A DNA stretch of 32,000 bases from Caldivirga maquilingensis IC-167 (GTDB lineage Archaea; Thermoproteota; Thermoprotei; Thermoproteales; Thermocladiaceae): contig NC_009954.1 in the NCBI RefSeq assembly GCF_000018305.1, positions 1,140,001-1,172,000 of the forward strand, read 5' to 3'. Both the position numbers and the translations under genes were made by a program. Of the stretch, positions 26,059-32,000 are shown in pieces. Below the pieces are notes generated by a model that searched no databases, had not been told where the DNA came from, and saw nothing but the letters and a program-made list of their open reading frames with translations. Every line of letters starts with the position of its first letter. Position 1 is the stretch's first letter.

Positions 26059-27084
26059 GTGAACTATGAAGATCCAGGGTTTCATTATTATGTACTTGGG
26101 TTAATGCTTAATAAGGGGACTATGCATTACTCATGGCGATTAGGCGTAATGAGTAGTGTAATGGATCAGGTTAGTAGAATGGGTACGTACTTCATAGAGT
26201 TTGAGACTCCATTCAGTTGGCATTTAAGGGCTGTTAATAGGGTCCTCTACTCAGGTGAATCAAAGTACCAGAGGATAGCTGTGGTTGAGTTTAAGGATTT
26301 AGGTAAGGCACTGGTGCTTGATGGTAAGGTTCAGAGTTCGTTATTCGATGAGTATGTTTACCATGAATCCCTAGTTCACCCAGCAATGGTGCTTAATGGG
26401 AATCCAGAGAGGGTGCTTATAATTGGTGGAGGGGAGGGTGCAACAGCTAGGGAGGTGCTTAAGTGGGATACGGTTAAGGAAGTGGTGATGGTTGATATTG
26501 ATGAGGAGGTGGTTAGGGTTTCCAAGGAGTATTTACCTGAAATGCACGGTGGATCATTCTACGATAAGAGGTTCAAACTGATTATAGGTGATGGGAGGAG
26601 GTTCCTGGAGGAATCCAGTGAGAAGTTTGATGTAATAATAGTTGATGCAACAGATCCATTGGAGGGTGGTCCCTCATACCTCCTCTACACTGTTGAATTC
26701 TATAAGCTTGCTAAAAGTAGGCTCACACCCAATGGAGTCTTAGCCACGCAGGCAACCAACATGGCTTATGCCTTAAGGGTTCTATCAGTGATATACAGGA
26801 CTATTGGGAGTGTGTTCAGTAAGGTGAGGCCTTATCAATCATACATGCACTCCTACGATGCCCCCTGGGGATTCATGGTGGCCAGTGATACTGCTGATGC
26901 CCTTCAATTAACTCAAGCGGATGTTGATAACGCCTTAATGAGGCATGTTAAGGGTAATACCAGGTATTACGATGGGTTAACCCACGTTCACATGTTCACT
27001 TTACCAAGGCACATAAGAATCGCACTTGAAGATAAGGAGGTTAAGCCAGCCACTGACTCAAACCCAACCTTCATGCCCATGTAG
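26059..27084 (+). CDS. speE: spermidine synthase / polyamine aminopropyltransferase
   Basis: Contains SKYQRIAV, GGGEGATAREVLK, VDIDEEVV and VDATDP. The track start is a GTG, and the real start is probably an internal ATG (26122 or 26149). Confidence 0.9.
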   Translation: MNYEDPGFHYYVLGLMLNKGTMHYSWRLGVMSSVMDQVSRMGTYFIEFETPFSWHLRAVNRVLYSGESKYQRIAVVEFKDLGKALVLDGKVQSSLFDEYVYHESLVHPAMVLNGNPERVLIIGGGEGATAREVLKWDTVKEVVMVDIDEEVVRVSKEYLPEMHGGSFYDKRFKLIIGDGRRFLEESSEKFDVIIVDATDPLEGGPSYLLYTVEFYKLAKSRLTPNGVLATQATNMAYALRVLSVIYRTIGSVFSKVRPYQSYMHSYDAPWGFMVASDTADALQLTQADVDNALMRHVKGNTRYYDGLTHVHMFTLPRHIRIALEDKEVKPATDSNPTFMPM

Positions 27085-27090
27085 CCTATG

Positions 27091-27123
27091 ATGCCTTATA
27101 GTGTTAAAACTAAGGTAAGGCAT
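27091..27123. terminator. hairpin ATGCCTTA-17 nt-TAAGGCAT between convergent speE and nadE, followed by a T/A-rich tract
   Basis: The 8-bp perfect arms at 27091-27098 and 27116-27123 were read directly. The hairpin starts 7 nt after the speE stop. Confidence 0.35.
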
Positions 27124-27197
27124 GTATTTATAAAATTAGGTTCATAGTTATGAATCACTGCGCCTAAATATTGATGAGGTGTATTAGAAGCCTTACC

Positions 27198-28055
27198 TTA
27201 GTAGCCATTGTAGTGAACCGGCATACGCCAGTCAAGCCCAATAGTCCTTAACCCAATCCTAGGCACCACTGGGGTTCTACGCTTATGCTCAGTTGTAACC
27301 ACTCTCCTCCATACCTGTTCAATAAGGTTAAGAGGCTTCCCAGTGGCCTCCTGAGCCTTCTGTGGATTCATCCTTAAGTCAACTAACGCATGGAGGATAA
27401 CATCAATATCAGCGTAACTAACACCCAATTCACCCTCAGCGGTCTGACCTTCCCATAGGCGTGGGCTTGAGGGTTTCGTGACTATTGAGTCAGGTAAGCC
27501 TAAACGCCTCCCAAGCATTCTAACTTGACTCTTATACACATCCCCTATTGGCAATATATCAACACCGCCATCACCATACTTAGTGAAGTAGCCTATCAAT
27601 AACTCACTCTTATCCCCGGTACCGGCGACAATCATGTTGTTTAGGTTGGCGTAGTAGTACAGTATCGTCATCCTTATTCTAGCCAGTATGTTGCCGTTAG
27701 CAACAATTTCACTTTCCTTGAAGGCAGGTATTGTGCTTGAGAATGATGCCCTAATGGGGTCTATGTTAACAACATCATACTTTACACCCAGCATCTGGGC
27801 TAGTTGAATAGCGTCCTTAACATCCTCAGGCGGCGTTGTCTTGTATGGCATTATTAAGGCTAGGACCTTATCCTTACCTAAAGCCCTAACCAGCAGTGAT
27901 GCGGTTACACTTGAGTCAATACCACCACTAAGCCCTATAACAGCACCCTTAGCGCCCACGCTGTTTACGTATGTTCTTATGAAGTCCACTATCCTTCTTT
28001 CAATGTAATCGTAATTAACGTTCAGTATCCTATCAAGGGTAATCCAAGGCTGCAT
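27198..28055 (-). CDS. nadE: NH3-dependent NAD+ synthetase
   Basis: Contains the PP-loop GLSGGIDSS and the GTGDKSELLIGYFTKYGDG motif. At 285 aa it has no fused CN-hydrolase domain. Confidence 0.9.
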   Translation of the reverse strand: MQPWITLDRILNVNYDYIERRIVDFIRTYVNSVGAKGAVIGLSGGIDSSVTASLLVRALGKDKVLALIMPYKTTPPEDVKDAIQLAQMLGVKYDVVNIDPIRASFSSTIPAFKESEIVANGNILARIRMTILYYYANLNNMIVAGTGDKSELLIGYFTKYGDGGVDILPIGDVYKSQVRMLGRRLGLPDSIVTKPSSPRLWEGQTAEGELGVSYADIDVILHALVDLRMNPQKAQEATGKPLNLIEQVWRRVVTTEHKRRTPVVPRIGLRTIGLDWRMPVHYNGY

Positions 28056-28203
28056 AATAGGTCACGCCACCTAGCCTAATTAACGCTTTCGTCTTAAGGT
28101 TAACGGAATCAATAGTCATACGTTGTGCTTAAACCTAAGTATTATTAGGTGTATTTAACAGGAGTGGTTTTTAACTAATCATTAATCTTATTGCATATTA
28201 CTG

Positions 28204-28247
28204 ATGAATTAATATGAATTAATACGAGTGTTTAGGAGTGTTCTAGG
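28204..28247. promoter_or_regulatory. two sets of tandem direct repeats in the nadE/phoU divergent promoter: ATGAATTAAT x2 (perfect) and GAGTGTT(T/CT)AGG x2
   Basis: Read directly: 28204-28213 equals 28214-28223, and the imperfect pair spans 28226-28247. They lie immediately upstream of the TATA-like GATTTTTTAAC (about 28253-28262) of the AbrB-PhoU gene. Confidence 0.6.
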
Positions 28248-28284
28248 GTAAAGATTTTTTAACTGGTGTGTGTATTAGGAATTC

Positions 28285-29280
28285 ATGTCAATGTACCGTA
28301 GGGTTATTAGAATTGGGGAGAAGAGCATAGGGGTAACGTTACCTAAGCAGTGGCTTGATTCATTGAATATTGGGCTTGGGGACTTAATAGAGGTTAAGGC
28401 AGTGGAGGATATGTTAATAATAAAGCCCGTTGTCTCCGAGCATGGTTCAAGCAACGCTGTCGTATTATCATCGGGTGATAGTTCTGATGAGGCCATGAGG
28501 ATAATAATAGCCGGCTACATTGAGGGTTTCGACGACATAATGGTTAAGGGTCCTAGGGAAAGCATTAGGCGAGCCTACCAGATTATTGAATCCAAGCTCC
28601 CTGGCTCCCTCATACTTGAGGGTGAGGAGGGTATTATAGTTAAGGTTGCTACATCGGAGACAAACATTGACCTTAAGATGGTTATAAACAGTACTTCAAC
28701 AATACTCAATGCCATGTTTGATAAAATATCAACGTACCTAGAATCCAACGACTCCTCACTACTTGATGAAACCGTGAGCATGGATGATCAAGTTGATAAG
28801 CTTTACTTCCTAGCCTTAAGAACAATTAAGAAACTATCCTTCAGGGATCCTAAGGAATCAATAGATGATACAATAATAGTGAAGAACATGGAGCATGTTG
28901 CCGATGCCCTAGATAGAACGGCGAGAACCCTTAAGAGAATGCAGAATATTGAGTCTGAATGCCTCAGGGAGCTTAACAATAGGATTAAGGATGTTTGGTC
29001 ATACACACTTAGGGCAATAAACTCCTATCAATCCGGCTCTAAGGAACAGGCATTGAAGGTTATAATGAGTAGGGAGGAGTTATTAAACAGGATGTTTAAC
29101 CTAGTGAGGAAACCATGCGGTGAAGAGATGGCTGGTATAATGCATGAACTGCAGTTAATAATAGCCTTATCAGTGGATATAGCTGAGGCAACGTTCTCAA
29201 ACTACGTTAGATCAGTCACCAGGAGGCAACCCAGTAAGGAGATTGATAAGGATGATGAAAGCCAGCTTAATGAAACATGA
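28285..29280 (+). CDS. AbrB/SpoVT-type DNA-binding domain fused to a PhoU-like domain (archaeal phosphate-uptake-regulator-like)
   Basis: The N-terminus IRIGEKSIGVTLPKQWLDSLNIGLGDLIEVK is a swapped-hairpin AbrB/MazE-like motif. The C-terminal helical repeats carry PhoU-like D-x-x-x-D features (MDDQVDKLY, EHVADALDR). Confidence 0.75.
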   Translation: MSMYRRVIRIGEKSIGVTLPKQWLDSLNIGLGDLIEVKAVEDMLIIKPVVSEHGSSNAVVLSSGDSSDEAMRIIIAGYIEGFDDIMVKGPRESIRRAYQIIESKLPGSLILEGEEGIIVKVATSETNIDLKMVINSTSTILNAMFDKISTYLESNDSSLLDETVSMDDQVDKLYFLALRTIKKLSFRDPKESIDDTIIVKNMEHVADALDRTARTLKRMQNIESECLRELNNRIKDVWSYTLRAINSYQSGSKEQALKVIMSREELLNRMFNLVRKPCGEEMAGIMHELQLIIALSVDIAEATFSNYVRSVTRRQPSKEIDKDDESQLNET

Positions 29281-29297
29281 ATCATAATGCATTTGAA

Positions 29298-29849
29298 TTA
29301 AAGTATACTTGACGCCTCCCAGAGAATCTTCGATGCAATTGACTTATCTCCAAGGTAGTATCGCTCATGGGCAGCATCCGAAAGGGCAACTGAGGCCAAT
29401 GCCCTAAGGGGCATGTTAACGTAGGTACGCGTAATCTCCTTAATCCTAAGCCTTAGGTCACTTACCCTCATTATTAATGCTGACCCAATAATAACCATTG
29501 AATCACCCAACTCCTTAATTAAGCCATTAATCCTTGACACACCCTCCTCGGTAATAGCCATCATGGTAATCCCCCTATCCCCACTATACCTATTAACTAG
29601 GCCATTATTAATCAACTTCCTTAAAGCATTCCAAACATCACTTGAGTACCATGGTGGATACTCGTAACTTACCCCCAGGTGATTCCTGAGCAGGTACAGT
29701 ATCATGAATAGTCTTAAAGCCTCCATCCTAGATTCACTCAATATGAGTAATATTACGTCACTAAGCTCAAGCCTTCTAAAGCCCGGTAAACCACTGAGGT
29801 TACTGGTATTACTCATTAATGGGTTGGTTAATGTCCAGTTATTAAGCAT
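29298..29849 (-). CDS. hypothetical protein, possible winged-helix DNA-binding domain
   Basis: The segment VWNALRKLINNGLVNRYSGDRGITMMAITEEGVSRI looks like a wHTH recognition helix plus wing. No family identified. Confidence 0.45.
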   Translation of the reverse strand: MLNNWTLTNPLMSNTSNLSGLPGFRRLELSDVILLILSESRMEALRLFMILYLLRNHLGVSYEYPPWYSSDVWNALRKLINNGLVNRYSGDRGITMMAITEEGVSRINGLIKELGDSMVIIGSALIMRVSDLRLRIKEITRTYVNMPLRALASVALSDAAHERYYLGDKSIASKILWEASSIL

Positions 29850-29889
29850 TTGCGGAAAGGTTTATTATCCTACTCCTTAATTCAATGCA

Positions 29890-30081
29890 GTGGAGTATTT
29901 AATCGTCAGATGCCCCAGGTGCAGTATGCCCTCAGCCGTGAGGCTTGGTTCAGTAAGCCACATGTGCCCCTACTGCGGTAGTAGGTTCAGGATAAGTGAA
30001 GGCACTATAATTACTAAGGCTAGGAATGGTAGGGAGGCCAGTGAACTCATAAGGAGGATCCTGACTCAATCCCATTATTAG
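29890..30081 (+). CDS. small zinc-ribbon protein (DUF1922-like)
   Basis: Contains CPRC...x17...CPYC in a 63-aa protein with a GTG start. Confidence 0.55.
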   Translation: MEYLIVRCPRCSMPSAVRLGSVSHMCPYCGSRFRISEGTIITKARNGREASELIRRILTQSHY

Positions 30082-30613
30082 GCTTAGTGAGTTCATCAGC
30101 CCTCATTATTAATCCACCAAACTCACTCTCGTTAAACCACCCGCATCCCTGAATCCTCACCCTAATTAGTCCTGAATCCAAGGTAATGATGGCCATGGTT
30201 CCATCCCCACTGTTTAAACCCATTAATGAACCAGGATTAACCACTATTAATTCACCCAGGTCCTGGATCATTGCCTTATGAGTATGGCCAGTTAACACTA
30301 ATCTGGCGTTAAAGTAATGGGCTAGCCTCCTTAAATGCAGCCTAGCCTCCTTCTGATGACCATGAATAATGAGAAGCCTTAAACCCTCAAGTTCAAGCAA
30401 CTCCTTATCCGGCAACGGCATTGGATCGCTTTCACCAGCAACCACTATTAATTCACCCAGTTTCCTTAAATCATTTAAAACATGTTCATTAGATAAATCA
30501 CCAGTGTGGATTATTAAGTCAAAGTGCCCGTTGGTGATAAGCCTCAATAGGCAATTATCAGGTAATCCACCATTAACTATATGGGTATCACCCACTACAG
30601 CTAGCCTAATCAT
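30047..30613 (-). CDS. metallophosphoesterase, YfcE/MJ0936 family
   Basis: Contains VVGDTH, HTGD, IIHGH and LTGHTH. A TATA-like GTTTAATAAC lies about 28 nt upstream of the ATG at 30613. Confidence 0.85.
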   Translation of the reverse strand: MIRLAVVGDTHIVNGGLPDNCLLRLITNGHFDLIIHTGDLSNEHVLNDLRKLGELIVVAGESDPMPLPDKELLELEGLRLLIIHGHQKEARLHLRRLAHYFNARLVLTGHTHKAMIQDLGELIVVNPGSLMGLNSGDGTMAIITLDSGLIRVRIQGCGWFNESEFGGLIMRADELTKPNNGIESGSSL

Positions 30614-30704
30614 GCAGTTACTGGTAAGCCTCCAGTGTTATTAAACCCACACCCTAGTGATTGGCCCTGGGAATCTTTATAATTTAAGCCACTGGATATT
30701 AATT

Positions 30705-31136
30705 ATGAGTTGCAATTGCCAGTGTGAGGAATTGAAGGAACTCCTGGAGGTAATGAGGAGAATTGAGGATAAGCTTGATAAGGCTGGGTTATCAGTGTTA
30801 GCTGACGTTGACCTATCATCAACACTAACATTAGTTATCAAATTATTAACTGAACCTAAGGTAATTGACCTAGTTGATAAATTAACTAAGATACTTAACA
30901 TGCTAAGCCTAATAAACCCCTCAGCCCTTGTAACATTAACCTACTCCCTAAGCTGTATGAGTAAGAGCCTAGATAACGCTGAGATACTAAACGCACCTGA
31001 GGTCACATTCAATGACTTATTGAAAGAGTTATCTAAGCCAGAGTACAGTAAGGCATTGGGCATCGTACTATTAATACTTAGGAATGTGGCCAGCTGCATT
31101 GAGGGGGATGCACGTGTTAAAGGGAGTGGTACTTGA
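30705..31136 (+). CDS. hypothetical protein, DUF1641-like C-terminus; N-terminal CxCxC
   Basis: I prefer the ATG at 30705 (MSCNCQCEE...) because TTTATAAT lies about 25 nt upstream, whereas the track start is a GTG at 30657. The C-terminal FNDLLKELSKPEYSKALGIVLLILRNV resembles the DUF1641 motif as I remember it. Confidence 0.45.
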   Translation: MSCNCQCEELKELLEVMRRIEDKLDKAGLSVLADVDLSSTLTLVIKLLTEPKVIDLVDKLTKILNMLSLINPSALVTLTYSLSCMSKSLDNAEILNAPEVTFNDLLKELSKPEYSKALGIVLLILRNVASCIEGDARVKGSGT

Positions 31137-31770
31137 CTTGGATGGAACCCTAGCGGACACTGCGGTGATTCATGGTGAGGCATGGAGAATGGCGATGAGG
31201 GATTTAGGCATACAGGCGCGTATTAGCGTTGAGCAGTTATTGGGTAAGAGGGCTCCTGAAATAGCCCTAGAGCTTGTTGAGGGTAATACTGAGTTGGCTC
31301 AGAGATTATTGGAGAAGAAGAATATTTACTTCAAGAGTCTTGTGGGTTTAGCTAAACCCAAGGCCTGTGCAGTTGAATTACTCAAGAGCCTTAGGAATGC
31401 TGGGATTAAGTTGAGTGTAGTCACTTCATCAAACAGGGTTTCAGCATATTCAGTACTGGAGGCAGTCAACATGATTAATCTCGTGGACTACATTATAACA
31501 GGTGATGATGTGAATAAGGGTAAGCCTGATCCAGAACCGGTTATTAAGGCGCTTAGGTTAATGAATAATGAACCAAGAGAAGTAATGGGTGTGGGGGACA
31601 CTATACATGATTATGAGGCTTACTTGAGGGCGGGCTTAAAGGCAATAGTGATAGTGATTAACCCACTCATGGTTAACCACATTGCTCAATTCAAGGATGC
31701 AATAATCATTGATAACCTATGCGTACTACTTAATGCACTTGACGTAATAATGAAACATAATGCTGAATGA
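31108..31770 (+). CDS. HAD-superfamily hydrolase (beta-phosphoglucomutase / phosphatase-like)
   Basis: Motif I is VVLDLDGTLADT, motif II VVTSS, motif III KGKPDPEP and motif IV GVGDTIHD. I prefer the start at 31108 (MHVLKG...) to the track start at 31084. Confidence 0.85.
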   Translation: MHVLKGVVLDLDGTLADTAVIHGEAWRMAMRDLGIQARISVEQLLGKRAPEIALELVEGNTELAQRLLEKKNIYFKSLVGLAKPKACAVELLKSLRNAGIKLSVVTSSNRVSAYSVLEAVNMINLVDYIITGDDVNKGKPDPEPVIKALRLMNNEPREVMGVGDTIHDYEAYLRAGLKAIVIVINPLMVNHIAQFKDAIIIDNLCVLLNALDVIMKHNAE

Positions 31771-32000
31771 GGTAATAACCCATCTAATGCTTGTTAGTAA
31801 CATTACTTATAAGGAATGGTATTAATGGCAGGAATAATCTATAATCCATGCCTCATAATGTCATAAAAGCGGCAAAATACGGCTAAACTTAATTTCATGA
31901 GTGTTGGAATATGTTAATAGAGAATAATCTACTCCATTGAAGTAAATAGGAAAATATAGGTAAGGTAAACTAAAGGTGGTGTTGATTCTCAATAGGCTTC

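Noticed and set aside
31832-31940. GAATAATCTA repeated 90 bp apart (31832-31841 and 31922-31931, each followed by a TCCAT-like string) in the gene-free right end of the window. I considered it as a CRISPR or other repeat array.
   Set aside because: Only two copies are visible and the exact match is only 10 nt. The spacing is unlike CRISPR periodicity, and the region is cut by the window edge. It cannot be supported as any feature.

Overview
This is a densely coded archaeal chromosomal window of crenarchaeal/Thermoproteota type, possibly Caldivirga/Vulcanisaeta-like; that placement is a guess from codon style. I call about 29 protein genes and one tRNA. I saw no rRNA, CRISPR array, transposase or integrase.

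Evidence for archaeal origin:
- An archaeal S4/S9e ribosomal protein.
- A split ADP-forming acetyl-CoA synthetase (alpha and beta subunits).
- An initiator tRNA-Met with an A1:U72 pair.
- AT-rich TATA-like boxes centred about 25-30 nt upstream of many start codons, indicating leaderless mRNAs. The one clearly operon-internal gene instead has a GAGGTGA Shine-Dalgarno.

Most genes are ordinary metabolism or housekeeping:
- Class I/II aminotransferase, arginine-deiminase-like enzyme, VIT1/CCC1 transporter, MBL hydrolase.
- HIBADH-type dehydrogenase, CN-hydrolase, spermidine synthase, NAD synthetase.
- AbrB-PhoU regulator, metallophosphoesterase, HAD hydrolase.

The stand-out region is about 11.66-13.70 kb. 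It holds a single 540-aa orphan gene whose codon usage is clearly foreign to the rest of the window: CGN Arg, CTY Leu, AAA Lys and TTT Phe, against the host AGR/TTA/AAG/TTC. Long non-coding spacers flank it and it has its own TATA box. The protein combines a P-loop-like N-terminus that lacks the Walker lysine, one central hydrophobic helix, and an unrecognised C-terminal alpha/beta region.

Secondary points of interest:
- An ABC exporter fused to an N-terminal PH-like domain and a C-terminal DUF1854-like domain.
- A co-transcribed radical SAM/SPASM plus B12-binding radical SAM pair with no visible substrate gene.
- A coupled coiled-coil/VWA pair at the left window edge.
- An 845-aa surface protein carrying about three dozen N-glycosylation sequons.
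- A ribosomal S4 gene sitting away from any ribosomal operon.
- Several short repeat or hairpin elements in divergent promoter regions.

All functional calls come from motif recognition by eye. No database search was possible.
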